A stretch of 64,000 bases of DNA from Patescibacteria group bacterium (GTDB lineage Bacteria > Patescibacteriota > JABMPQ01 > JAHIRA01): positions 3,895 to 67,894 of the forward strand of contig JAHISJ010000002.1 in NCBI GenBank assembly GCA_018818205.1. Reading direction: 5' to 3'. The position numbers and the translations under genes are program-made. Position 1 is the first letter of the stretch; each line of letters starts with the position of its first letter. The notes beneath the pieces were generated by a model. That model ran no database searches. It was not told the origin of the DNA and saw only the letters and a program-made list of their open reading frames with translations. Shown one piece after another: positions 18,380 to 29,085 of the stretch.

Positions 18380-19087
18380 ATGAAGTACACAGTTATCCTT
18401 CTTGGCAAAAAAACAGTTGCAAAGAATACTGTTGCATTTGAGTTTGAAAGACCAAAAGACTTCACTTTTTGTGCAGGCCAGTATGCCACATTTAAACTTA
18501 TTGACCCGGTTTTCACGGATGAGAAAGGGCCAATGCGGGCAATGTCGTTTGCGTCACCTCCTTCAGCTGACACGCTTCTTATTGCAATGCGTATGTCGGA
18601 CTCAGCGTTTAAAAAATCGATATGCGAGCTATCTTGTGGCGATGTAGTAGAGTTGGAAGGTCCTTTTGGCAAGCTCGTGCTGGATAAAGACGATACGTTG
18701 CCTATTGTTTGTATTGCAGGAGGCATTGGCATCACTCCGTTTATGAGCATGATTTCAGATGAGCAAGAAAAAGGATTCCCGAGAGAAATAACGCTACTCT
18801 ATTCAAATTGTAATCCTGAGGAAGCGACATTTTTTGATGAACTCAATGCTATAATACATAAAAACCTAACCGTTGTTTCTACCATGACCGATATAGAAAA
18901 AAATACTGATTGGCGGGGTGAATGTAAAAAAATTGATCAAGATATAATAGAGAGATACGTATCTAATGATTCTCGTTCACTTTTTTATCTCTGTGGGTCA
19001 ACAGGGATGGTGGTAGCTATGAAAACTATACTTGAGAGCATGGGTGTGCCAAAAGATCACATCAAAATGGAACTGTTTGGTGTGTGA
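18380..19087 (+). CDS. FNR-family FAD/NAD(P)-binding oxidoreductase (possible rubredoxin reductase partner)
   Basis: R-x-M/Y-S FAD motif (RAMSFASPP), GGIGITPF dinucleotide motif and C-terminal CGSTGMV. Confidence 0.75.
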   Translation: MKYTVILLGKKTVAKNTVAFEFERPKDFTFCAGQYATFKLIDPVFTDEKGPMRAMSFASPPSADTLLIAMRMSDSAFKKSICELSCGDVVELEGPFGKLVLDKDDTLPIVCIAGGIGITPFMSMISDEQEKGFPREITLLYSNCNPEEATFFDELNAIIHKNLTVVSTMTDIEKNTDWRGECKKIDQDIIERYVSNDSRSLFYLCGSTGMVVAMKTILESMGVPKDHIKMELFGV

Positions 19088-19191
19088 AGAAGAGTTATCT
19101 GTAGGAAAATAAAAAAATGCAGATTTTTTTCAAAAAACAAAAAAGACTATACGGAGCTGTATAGTCAAAATATATGTTAATAAATCAGAAA

Positions 19192-19929
19192 TTACGATAG
19201 CCAAAGGAGAGGATTCTCCTCTCTTTTTAGTGCGCCGTTTGCAAAAAATTGAGTAAGAATGAGCGCTTGAATTTTCAAAAGACCAAGTTGGAATTTCCCA
19301 GAAAAGCTATTTGCGGGGATAGCAAATACATGGGTCGCAAACCTAATTAAAGCTGATTCGTCAGTTTCATTCTCTTTTGGAATTCGCTCTTCAATCAGCA
19401 GCCGTTCAATTTCCGTTAGTTCAGGAGCTGAAAATCCATCAGGAATATTTGTCATACTTGACTCCACTGAACTAAAAATATTTGGAGTCAACATACGTCT
19501 TTGAGTTTCAGCCTCAATCTCAGTTAAATATTCTTTATTGTGTCCAAATAATAATGAGGCTGCATTGTGTGTCATAAATAAATCGTCTGTCAATTCTCTC
19601 AATTTAGCAGTGACTTTCTCAAAAAAGTCTTTATCATTGGGAGAACAAACAATAGGTTTTTGCGCGCCAGGTTGCACAAGTCCGCCTGTACTGTCACATA
19701 CTAATTGCGCCAACCAGGTTTTTGCTTCTTCAAATGACATATCTGGTTTAAAGTCAAGAAAATGTGAAATCGTGCCAAAGAATATTCTTCGGAAATCAAC
19801 CATCCAAATAATTGCTCTTTGAGGATGCAGGCCTAGATCTATTGAAGCAGTCTCTTGTTCTTCAATGCTGTTTTCTTCAAAAATAATCATCAAAATTTTG
19901 TAAATAACACTCATTACTTTTTTTTCCAT
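19192..19929 (-). CDS. hypothetical cytoplasmic protein
   Basis: 245-aa ORF with no TM and no recognised family. It is the lone minus-strand gene between plus-strand operons. Confidence 0.45.
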   Translation of the reverse strand: MEKKVMSVIYKILMIIFEENSIEEQETASIDLGLHPQRAIIWMVDFRRIFFGTISHFLDFKPDMSFEEAKTWLAQLVCDSTGGLVQPGAQKPIVCSPNDKDFFEKVTAKLRELTDDLFMTHNAASLLFGHNKEYLTEIEAETQRRMLTPNIFSSVESSMTNIPDGFSAPELTEIERLLIEERIPKENETDESALIRFATHVFAIPANSFSGKFQLGLLKIQALILTQFFANGALKREENPLLWLS

Positions 19930-20493
19930 GGTTCCTCCTAAAGCCAGTGTGCATACTAGCTTCGCATTTTAGCACAAGATACATAAAATGCAAGTGTTCC
20001 TAAGCAGGTATCACTCGGGTGAAAGTGATCCGCTGGGATACGACAGAGGTTGGTTTACTGAACGTGTTATTGATTTCTTTGACACACAGCACGGTTTGTC
20101 AAAGAAATTTACTTACACAAAGTGTTTTATTGATTCACAAATCGTTCATGAATTCCTTCGATTATTTCGTGATACAGAATTTAGTGAAGCTTATTCTCCA
20201 GACGGTAGGGTTTACTTGGGAAGCGCTGGCTTGTACGTATAATACTATAACAGCAAGGAAGCTGAAGAACCATTGTTTGAAGAGTAACATAGTTAGAGCT
20301 ACACACTTTTGAGAAATACAGTTATAATGATATGCACAGTGCGTATCATTTTTTTATAAAAAAAGTGAAATCTTTTTCCATGAAAATCATACGTATACAG
20401 TGTACCTTCAACGAGAAATGACATTGACAGAAAAACAAATTAACGATACGATACGCAATACATAACGTATAAGTCGAGTTAGATAAAAACATT

Positions 20494-20820
20494 ATGGCAA
20501 TTCCAAAACGGCGCAAATCAAGTTCAGCGCGTGACAAAAGACGCAGTCACTTGCATCTTGAGGAGCAAACAATTATTACCTGTTCTAACTGCGGTAAACA
20601 TGTTCTTCCCCATCATGCGTGTTTAGAATGTGGATATTATAAAGGGAAAAAGCAGGTAACCGTAGCCAGTGACAAAAAGGAAGATAAGGGAAAAGGAAAA
20701 AAGGAAGATAAGAAGAAAGACGTAAAAAAACGTGACAATAAAAAAGAGAACGAGCGCATAACTGACAAGAAACAACCTGAAGGCAAAAAACGACGTCTCT
20801 TTGCACGAAAAGCAACATAA
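20494..20820 (+). CDS. rpmF: 50S ribosomal protein bL32 with a long Lys/Glu-rich C-terminal extension
   Basis: N-terminus MAIPKRRKSSSARDKRRSH and the zinc ribbon (CSNCG...CLECGYY) match bL32. Residues 60-108 are a KKEDK-type low-complexity tail. Confidence 0.88.
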   Translation: MAIPKRRKSSSARDKRRSHLHLEEQTIITCSNCGKHVLPHHACLECGYYKGKKQVTVASDKKEDKGKGKKEDKKKDVKKRDNKKENERITDKKQPEGKKRRLFARKAT

Positions 20821-20835
20821 ATATAACGCAAAAGA

Positions 20836-21312
20836 ATGGCAAATAGGCACCTTCTTCGTACAATTGTTATGCAAACACTGTACGAATGGGACTTTTATGA
20901 AAAGGATTCTACACGGCTTAAGGATTTTGCAGAAAAAAATATTAAAGAATTTTCAGGCGAAACAGAAGACGTCGATTTTGTGTATGACACATTGGAAGGT
21001 ATTGCATCTCACTGTAAAGAGATAGATGACACCATAATCCAAGCTGCACCAGATTGGCCTATTGATCAAATCACCATGGTTGATAGAAACATCTTACGCA
21101 TCGGCGTGTATGAGCTTACGTATGCAGAAGATATTCCCGCAAAAGTAGCTATAAACGAGGCGATTGAACTAGCAAAGACGTTTGGCGGACGTTCTTCAGG
21201 GAAGTTTGTAAATGGCGTACTTGGAACCATATATCGTGAAATTGAGGCAAAAAGGAGCGAAGAAAAAAGAGAAGAACCTAAGGAGCAAGAAACTAAGGCT
21301 AAAGAGGAATAA
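20836..21312 (+). CDS. nusB: transcription antitermination factor NusB (with K/E-rich C-terminal tail)
   Basis: R-x4-R-x2-A-x-Q-x-LY N-terminal signature ([18 protein letters not shown]) and an all-helical roughly 130-aa core. Tail reads [22 protein letters not shown]. Confidence 0.85.
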   Translation: MANRHLLRTIVMQTLYEWDFYEKDSTRLKDFAEKNIKEFSGETEDVDFVYDTLEGIASHCKEIDDTIIQAAPDWPIDQITMVDRNILRIGVYELTYAEDIPAKVAINEAIELAKTFGGRSSGKFVNGVLGTIYREIEAKRSEEKREEPKEQETKAKEE

Positions 21313-21320
21313 GGCAAACA

Positions 21321-22034
21321 ATGGAAAAGGACTTTGACCAATTTGAAAAGCGTTTAGGGGTAATGTTTGAAAACAAAGACTTGTTAAAGCAAGCTGTTGT
21401 CCACCGGTCATATTTAAACGAGCACGAGGAATTTAAGCTCTCACACAATGAACGACTCGAGTTTCTTGGTGATGCCGTGTTAGAATTAGTGACTACCGAG
21501 TATCTTTTTAAAACCTATCCAAAAAGCCCTGAAGGCACTATGACCAACTGGCGTGCAGCGGTAGTAAACACTAATATGCTTGCCCAAGTATCAGAGTCTT
21601 TGGGAGTAAATGATTATCTGTATCTCTCAAAAGGTGAGGCGAAGGGAAGTCAAAAAGCGAGAGAGCTTATCTTGGCAAATGCGCTGGAAGCTATTATTGG
21701 TGCATGTTACTTGGATCAAGGATATGATGTCACCAAAAAGTTTATTGTTACCGAGATTCTTATTAAGCTAAAAGACATTATTAAAGAAAATACGTACATA
21801 GATCCAAAATCAAAACTCCAGGAAAAAACCCAGGAAGTGCTCAATGTGACACCAAGTTATAAAGTGCTTAAAGAAACCGGACCAGATCATAAGAAGCACT
21901 TTATTATAGGTGCATATGTAGATGATGAGAAAGTTGGAGAAGGAGAGGGATATTCTAAGCAGCAAGCGCAGGTTGCTGCTGCGAAAGATGCGATCAAAAA
22001 GAAGAAATTTCTAGAGGTTAAAGGGAAGGAATGA
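21321..22034 (+). CDS. rnc: ribonuclease III
   Basis: RNase III signature ERLEFLGDAVLELV plus a C-terminal dsRBD (KSKLQE...GPDHKKHFIIGAYVDDEKVGEGEGYSKQQAQVAAAKDAI). Confidence 0.93.
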   Translation: MEKDFDQFEKRLGVMFENKDLLKQAVVHRSYLNEHEEFKLSHNERLEFLGDAVLELVTTEYLFKTYPKSPEGTMTNWRAAVVNTNMLAQVSESLGVNDYLYLSKGEAKGSQKARELILANALEAIIGACYLDQGYDVTKKFIVTEILIKLKDIIKENTYIDPKSKLQEKTQEVLNVTPSYKVLKETGPDHKKHFIIGAYVDDEKVGEGEGYSKQQAQVAAAKDAIKKKKFLEVKGKE

Positions 22035-22516
22035 TTGAGGTTGTAGCAATACTAGCAACCATTATTTTGATACTTGCCGGCTTTGCCGGTCTTTTTGTGC
22101 CCTACCTTCCTGATGCGCCGCTTGTTTTTGGCGGCATTTTGCTGTTTGCTATTGCTGATGGGTTTGGACATGTTCATCCTGTTACTATCGTAGTGCTAGG
22201 GCTTATAACCCTTTTTGTAACTGTGATTGATCTTGTTGCAGCTGAACTGGGAGTAAAGAAACTTGGTGGTTCAACACTGGCGATGGTGCTTTCAATTGCA
22301 GGAGGCATTGTAGGGGTAATTGGATGGAATATAGCGGGGCTTATAGCAGGGACGTTTCTGGGCGCACTGTTAGGGGAGCTTATTAAAACAGGAGATATTA
22401 AGCAGTCGATTAAAGTAAGCGTTGGTTCACTTCTTGGATTCCTTGCTGGGACACTTTTTAAGGTTATTGTGATGGTTATTATGGTAGGGGTTTTTGTGGG
22501 AGCGTTGATTGTGTAA
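22031..22516 (+). CDS. DUF456-like small membrane protein
   Basis: Four-TM, Gly-rich membrane protein (LILAGFAGLFVPYLPDAPLVFGGILLF). Overlaps rnc by 4 nt. Confidence 0.5.
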   Translation: MIEVVAILATIILILAGFAGLFVPYLPDAPLVFGGILLFAIADGFGHVHPVTIVVLGLITLFVTVIDLVAAELGVKKLGGSTLAMVLSIAGGIVGVIGWNIAGLIAGTFLGALLGELIKTGDIKQSIKVSVGSLLGFLAGTLFKVIVMVIMVGVFVGALIV

Positions 22517-22604
22517 TTGAAAATGGTACTCAATTTTGCTATACTATATTCTAGAAAAACTTGAACCTCTCAAGCAGTGTTAATAGTTACCAAAAATCTT
22601 TTTT

Positions 22605-25250
22605 ATGTATCTCGAAAAAATAGAAATTTCAGGATTTAAATCATTCGCAAAAAAGACAACGCTTGATTTTGCCTCAGGAATAAGTGCCATTGTTGGCCCT
22701 AACGGAAGCGGCAAGAGCAATATCGCCGATGCTATTAGGTGGGTCTTGGGCGAGCAAAGCATGAAGACGCTTCGCGGCAAAAAGTCAGACGATGTTATTT
22801 TTGCGGGGACGGATGCTGCCGGCAGACTTGGCGTGGCGGAAGTTTCTTTGCATTTGAATAATCAAGACAAATCATTCCCTGTCGATTTTGAAAAAGCAGT
22901 CGTGACAAGACGAATTTTTAGAGATGGCGAAGGGGAGTACCTAATCAACAAGAGTAAGGTACGTCTTTTAGACGTACATCAATTACTGGCGCAAGCGGGG
23001 TTTGGACAAAAAACGTACGGAGTTATTGGTCAGGGCATGATAGACAATCTTATCAAGGCAACACCGGCAGAACTTAAGGAAATATTTTACGATGCATGTG
23101 GGGTGAGAGCACTCCAGATTAAAAAAACTATTTCACAAAATAAGCTAGGTGCAACTAAACAAAACCTTGAACGCGGCGGGGATTTAATCAAAGAAATCGA
23201 GCCGAGACTTAAAACATTAAAAAGACAAGCAAAAAAAGCAGAGCAAAAAAAGGAGCTCACATCAGAAAAAGAAGAGATTTTCTTTATGTATTATGGACAT
23301 GTATTTAATACGGTGATGGCAGGAGAATCAGCACTAGATTCAAAAATCGATTCTGCACGGAAAAATGAAAATGAGATGGCACGGACGATCCAAGACATCG
23401 ATAAAAAAATTGATGCTGGGGAAAAAACACACGATACATCTAAACGTGATGCACTGGTGGTGGAAATCGAGTCGATCAAAAGAAAACGAGATGAGAGCAA
23501 CCAAAAACTCTATGTCATCAAAGGGAAAATAGAGCTTGAAAAAGAGCGTAGGACGGACAGCAATGTAGTGAGACTCAAAGAAGAGCAGGAAAAAACAAAA
23601 AGTCTGATAAAAGAAGCGCAGGGAGAATATAAAAAATCTGAAAAAGAAACAGCTCGTCTTGACGGGGAACTTTCTAAGATTATTGGTGAACAAGAAAAGA
23701 TTACGATGCTTATTCAAAAAACAAAAAACACCATTCAAGAAACAGAAAAAAAGATACAAGAAGCCGAGACGGGTGTTTCATTTGAGGACGTAGAAAAAGA
23801 ACTGACTACGCTAGTAGCAAATAGTACAAAAATATCAGAAGCGCTGGGTAGTACAAAAGATGTTCATTTGATTAAGAAAAACATCACTTTGTTTAATACG
23901 TCTCTGAGAAAACTCCTAAAATCAGTTAAAAACAGGCACGGAGATGCAAAACTTGAATCTTTTTTGCGAGAGCTCCACAGCGTAGCAACAAAACAGTATG
24001 AAGACAGAAATAAAAAGATGTCTCGTATTAATGAAGTTAAAGTAGCTCATGCAGTGTCAAAAAATAAACGCGACACCATTAAGCGTGAGATAGATCGCTA
24101 TGGAAGAGAGCTGCAAACACTTTTAGACACCATCCAAAAAAAGGAAGAAGAAGCCAAGGAAGATAGTGGAGAAACCAAGGAGTTGCTAGAGACACAAGAG
24201 AAGCTAGAAAAGGAAATAGCAGGAATAACTGGGGAAATTGAAACGCATGGAAAACACCTTGTAGTACTCAGTAAGGACGATGAAGAGAGAAGAAAAGCGT
24301 TTATGCTTTTGGAAAAGCACTACCGGGAATGTCAGCGGACGCTCAATGCTTGCAAAGATGACATTAGGTCACTTGAAATCCAAAAAGCAGCACTGGAGCA
24401 AAAGCGGAAACAACTGCTTTATGAAATAGGGGAAGACAAAGGATACGACTATATTGATGAATTCAGAAAAAAGTGTGAAAAAAACGCTCCCTCTCTTTCC
24501 AAAGAAAAGGAAAAAGAATATGGGAAACGGCTGGAGACAATTAATCACAGGCTGCAAGGCATTGGGGTGATTGATGAAGAAATGGTACACGAGTATCTTG
24601 AGACTAAGAAACGTTATGACTTCTTAACAAAGCAAAGCAGTGATCTTACAGAGGCAAAATCTAAACTGCTTGCCGTTATTGATGAGCTAAATAACAAAAT
24701 TGATCAAAGATTTAATTCTGGGTTTAATACTATTGGAAAGCATTTTCAAGAGTATTTTAAGACACTCTTTGGTGGTGGAAAGGCGCAGCTTAAAAAAGTA
24801 ATTGTTCATAGGGGTGAAAATGACGATTCCTCTGATATACTTTCAGGAAACCATGAAACAAAGAGAGACGTAGTTATTGAGGTTAAGGCAAACCCTCCGG
24901 GGAAGAAACTGAGAGATCTTTCTATGCTCTCCGGTGGTGAGCGAGCGCTCGCTTCTATTGCACTTCTCCTTGCTATTATTGAGAATAATCCTCCTCCGTT
25001 TATTGTGCTTGATGAGGTAGATGCTGCGCTTGATGAAGCTAACTCTCATAGATTTGCTCAGATAATTCAAGAGGCTTCTTCTAAATCTCAGGTGCTTGCA
25101 ATTACTCACAATAGAGCAACTATGAATATGTCTGAACTGCTCTACGGAGTAACCATGGAAGAAAGCGGAATTTCTAAAATTCTCTCGGTAAAACTTGAGG
25201 AAGCGGAGCATTTGAGAAAAAAAGCAGAAAAACCGGTAAGAGTGTCTTGA
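22605..25250 (+). CDS. smc: SMC-family chromosome segregation ATPase (short, 881 aa)
   Basis: N-terminal Walker A (VGPNGSGKSNIADAIRWVLGEQS), long coiled-coil middle, C-terminal signature LSGGERALASIALLLA and Walker B FIVLDEVDAALD. Confidence 0.8.
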   Translation: MYLEKIEISGFKSFAKKTTLDFASGISAIVGPNGSGKSNIADAIRWVLGEQSMKTLRGKKSDDVIFAGTDAAGRLGVAEVSLHLNNQDKSFPVDFEKAVVTRRIFRDGEGEYLINKSKVRLLDVHQLLAQAGFGQKTYGVIGQGMIDNLIKATPAELKEIFYDACGVRALQIKKTISQNKLGATKQNLERGGDLIKEIEPRLKTLKRQAKKAEQKKELTSEKEEIFFMYYGHVFNTVMAGESALDSKIDSARKNENEMARTIQDIDKKIDAGEKTHDTSKRDALVVEIESIKRKRDESNQKLYVIKGKIELEKERRTDSNVVRLKEEQEKTKSLIKEAQGEYKKSEKETARLDGELSKIIGEQEKITMLIQKTKNTIQETEKKIQEAETGVSFEDVEKELTTLVANSTKISEALGSTKDVHLIKKNITLFNTSLRKLLKSVKNRHGDAKLESFLRELHSVATKQYEDRNKKMSRINEVKVAHAVSKNKRDTIKREIDRYGRELQTLLDTIQKKEEEAKEDSGETKELLETQEKLEKEIAGITGEIETHGKHLVVLSKDDEERRKAFMLLEKHYRECQRTLNACKDDIRSLEIQKAALEQKRKQLLYEIGEDKGYDYIDEFRKKCEKNAPSLSKEKEKEYGKRLETINHRLQGIGVIDEEMVHEYLETKKRYDFLTKQSSDLTEAKSKLLAVIDELNNKIDQRFNSGFNTIGKHFQEYFKTLFGGGKAQLKKVIVHRGENDDSSDILSGNHETKRDVVIEVKANPPGKKLRDLSMLSGGERALASIALLLAIIENNPPPFIVLDEVDAALDEANSHRFAQIIQEASSKSQVLAITHNRATMNMSELLYGVTMEESGISKILSVKLEEAEHLRKKAEKPVRVS

Positions 25251-25309
25251 CTTTACGCCAAATATTATTTACAGTACTTAAAGATTAGTATTAATAAGAG
25301 ATTATACAC

Positions 25310-25924
25310 ATGTTGACTATTCGACTTAACAGAGTGGGAAAACGAAATCATGCCGCGTTTCGAGTGGTGGTAATGGATCACAAAAGAGCGACGGATGCGA
25401 AATTTGTAGACCATATTGGTTACTACGATCCGCACGATCAAAAAGAGCCGTTTCATGTTGATGCAGAAAAAGCAGCGTATTGGATTAGCAAAGGGGCAAA
25501 AGCCTCAACAACTGTTGCATCATTTTTGAACAAAATGGATATTGGCGTAGTGGCACCAGTACGAAAGAAGAAGACAACTAAGCCAAAAAAGAAGGACGAA
25601 GAAGCAAAAAAAGAATCGGCAGAAAAGCAGCCAGACAAGAGAGAAATAGAAGAGAAGACTGAAGAGAAGACTGAAGAGAAGACTGAAGAGAAGACTGAAG
25701 AGAAGACTGAAGAGAAGACTGAAGAGAAGAAAGAGCCACCAGTTGAGGAAAAGAAGGCCGAGACAGAAGACGCTCCTGACAACAAAGGAGAGAAAGAAAA
25801 GCCAAAAAATGACGAGAAAAAAGAAGTAGTAGTAGAAAAAAAAGCCGTTCAAGGCTCTGACGAGCCATCAGACTCTGGAAGAGAGCCAAAGTCTGAAAAA
25901 GGAAAAGACAAGCAAGACAGATAA
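25310..25924 (+). CDS. rpsP: 30S ribosomal protein bS16 with a 120-aa Lys/Glu-rich repeat-containing C-terminal extension
   Basis: First 80 aa (MLTIRLNRVGKRNHAAFRVVVMDHKRATDAKFVDHIGYYDP...) are canonical bS16. The tail holds (EEKT)x6 encoded by a perfect 12-bp tandem repeat. Confidence 0.88.
   Translation: MLTIRLNRVGKRNHAAFRVVVMDHKRATDAKFVDHIGYYDPHDQKEPFHVDAEKAAYWISKGAKASTTVASFLNKMDIGVVAPVRKKKTTKPKKKDEEAKKESAEKQPDKREIEEKTEEKTEEKTEEKTEEKTEEKTEEKKEPPVEEKKAETEDAPDNKGEKEKPKNDEKKEVVVEKKAVQGSDEPSDSGREPKSEKGKDKQDR
25649..25732 (+). repeat. 12-bp coding tandem repeat (GAAGAGAAGACT), six perfect copies plus one degenerate
   Basis: Direct repeat read from the sequence. It encodes EEKT repeats in the bS16 tail and creates spurious long antisense ORFs in the track. 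Confidence 0.95.
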
Positions 25925-26000
25925 GTGATATTGACTTTTACAGTCGTATATGTTATTTTGGAAGTGATTAGTACTTTATTAGTAAACGTAACTTAAAGCA

Positions 26001-26375
26001 ATGGCAGATCAGAACCTGGATCTAGAATTTGTCGACTACGTTGTCAAAGCGCTCGTTGACAACCCAGACAAAGTAGCAATCAATCGAGAAATCGACGAAA
26101 TGGGCGTGTTACTTACTCTTACCGTTGACCCTTCAGACATGGGACAAATCATCGGTAGACAAGGCCAAACTGCAAAGGCTATAAGAACTCTTCTTAAGGT
26201 CGTTGGTGCAAAGAACAACGCACGAGTTAATCTCAAGATTAACGAGCCAGAAGGGTCAAAGAGATCTCCACGTGGAGACGAAGCAAAACCTGAAGGCAGT
26301 GCCCCCGCAGCTCCAGCTCCAGCAGCTCCTGCAGCAGAGGCTGATACCTCAATGGTTGATGATCTCAATCTCTAA
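26001..26375 (+). CDS. KH-domain RNA-binding protein (YlqC/UPF0109 family) with Ala/Pro-rich tail
   Basis: KH fold motif DMGQIIGRQGQTAKAIRTLL. Sits between rpsP and trmD as in the canonical operon. C-terminus reads APAAPAPAAPAAEA. Confidence 0.8.
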   Translation: MADQNLDLEFVDYVVKALVDNPDKVAINREIDEMGVLLTLTVDPSDMGQIIGRQGQTAKAIRTLLKVVGAKNNARVNLKINEPEGSKRSPRGDEAKPEGSAPAAPAPAAPAAEADTSMVDDLNL

Positions 26376-26401
26376 AGATAGTTATCATTTGTATAGTGAA
26401 C

Positions 26402-26430
26402 AAACCCCGCTTAAAAGCGGGGTTTTAGTT
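26402..26430 (+). terminator. rho-independent terminator
   Basis: AAACCCCGC-TTAAAA-GCGGGGTTT hairpin followed by a T run. Confidence 0.7.
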
Positions 26431-26483
26431 GCCGTAAATAATATCACATGATATTATTTTGGCATCGCATTCAATGAATACAT

Positions 26484-27182
26484 GTGATAATGATATTTAT
26501 GCGTTTCAACATCATAACAATCTTTCCTGATATTATCGATTCGTACACAAACGAATCGATTCTTAAGCGTGCCAAAGAAAAAAACCTCATTGAGGTAAAC
26601 GCAATAAACCTACGAGATTTTACCGAGGACAAACATAAAACTACTGACGATGCTCCCTATGGCGGAGGTCCTGGAATGGTGATGAAGGTGGAACCGATAT
26701 GTAAGGCGATACAACATGTAAGGGCGGGTGTAAAGGCGCAAGATTTTGCGTCTCGACAGGCGGTCATCCTCCTCTCCCCGCAAGGTGCTACCTTCACCCA
26801 AAAGAAGGCCCAAGAATTTTCAAAACTCGAAGAGATTACTTTTATTTGCGGGCGTTACGAGGGCTTTGACGCACGAGTCTCCGAATTTGTCGATGAAGAA
26901 ATATCCATTGGCAACTACGTACTTTCTGGAGGAGAGCTCCCGGCACTCGTTATCACCGAGGCTGTTTCCAGATTGATTCCTGGTGTTCTTGGAGATCAGG
27001 AATCATCAGTAGAAGAAACGTTTTCTAAAAGCGATAATTATATTGAGTATCCGCACTATACGCGTCCGGAGGTGTTTGAGGTTGATGAAAAAAAGTATTC
27101 AGTACCGGAAATACTTCTTTCAGGAGATCATGAGAAAATAAAAAAATGGCGAGAAAAGAATGCTCAAAAGAAAAAAGAATAA
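26484..27182 (+). CDS. trmD: tRNA (guanine37-N1)-methyltransferase TrmD
   Basis: MRFNIITIFPD start region (probable start 26499), GGGPGMVM and SIGNYVLSGGELPALV SPOUT-knot motifs. Confidence 0.92.
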   Translation: MIMIFMRFNIITIFPDIIDSYTNESILKRAKEKNLIEVNAINLRDFTEDKHKTTDDAPYGGGPGMVMKVEPICKAIQHVRAGVKAQDFASRQAVILLSPQGATFTQKKAQEFSKLEEITFICGRYEGFDARVSEFVDEEISIGNYVLSGGELPALVITEAVSRLIPGVLGDQESSVEETFSKSDNYIEYPHYTRPEVFEVDEKKYSVPEILLSGDHEKIKKWREKNAQKKKE

Positions 27183-27242
27183 AATTTTTATTCCAAATGT
27201 GTACAATCTGTGCACAACTATCAAAAAAACTCATCAAAGTTC

Positions 27243-27271
27243 TTGACACTTAAAAATTGCTATAGTATATT
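27243..27271 (+). promoter_or_regulatory. strong sigma70-type promoter for the 16S gene (TTGACA-17-TATATT)
   Basis: Consensus -35 and a good -10 with 17-nt spacing, about 130 nt upstream of the mature 16S 5' end. Confidence 0.5.
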
Positions 27272-27400
27272 GAGTAGTGCTCGCAATGGAACGTACGTTT
27301 AACAATTGAATAGTGATAAGAAACCACAAAGTTTTACTGTTCTTTTCAAAAATAGTACTTGAGCTACACTACTACATCCCGTGTAGTAGCAGCAAGCTTT

Positions 27401-27816
<416 letters not shown>

Positions 27817-27961
27817 TCTTTTAATAGGGAAAAAGTCTAGCCCTTTCTGTCTTTTATCAACTTTTTGTGTACAGTAAATAGGACATAAAAAGTGAAGATA
27901 GAAAGTGCACAGTCTTTTGGGCTAGAAGCCAGAAAGGGCTAGATTGATGGTACCTATTGAA
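27817..27961 (+). rRNA. rrs: 16S ribosomal RNA, expanded V3 hairpin segment (about 70 nt longer than typical)
   Basis: The GTAAAG-to-GTGCCAGC interval is about 178 nt, against roughly 105 nt in E. coli. Perfect 15-bp complementary arms GTCTAGCCCTTTCTG (27835-27849) and CAGAAAGGGCTAGAT (27932-27946) close an AT-rich interior. Confidence 0.9.
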
Positions 27962-28987
<1,026 letters not shown>

Positions 28988-29085
28988 TAGGGATAATTCT
29001 AGCATCCCAAGGTCGGAACTTGTTTCAAGGAAATGCACATTACATGTGCGCTGGTGTTCTTATCACTATTCAGCGGTTAAGCAAG

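Noticed and set aside
25520-25889. Three long overlapping minus-strand ORFs (25453-25889) and a possible CRISPR-like array
   Set aside because: They are frame artefacts of the 12-bp tandem repeat inside the bS16 tail. The repeat units are contiguous and coding (EEKT), with no spacers, so this is not a CRISPR.
27817-27961. Group I/II intron or IVS inside the 16S gene
   Set aside because: The extra sequence is only about 70 nt and forms a simple hairpin closed by a perfect 15-bp stem. It has no intron core elements and no ORF, so it is better explained as a V3 expansion segment.
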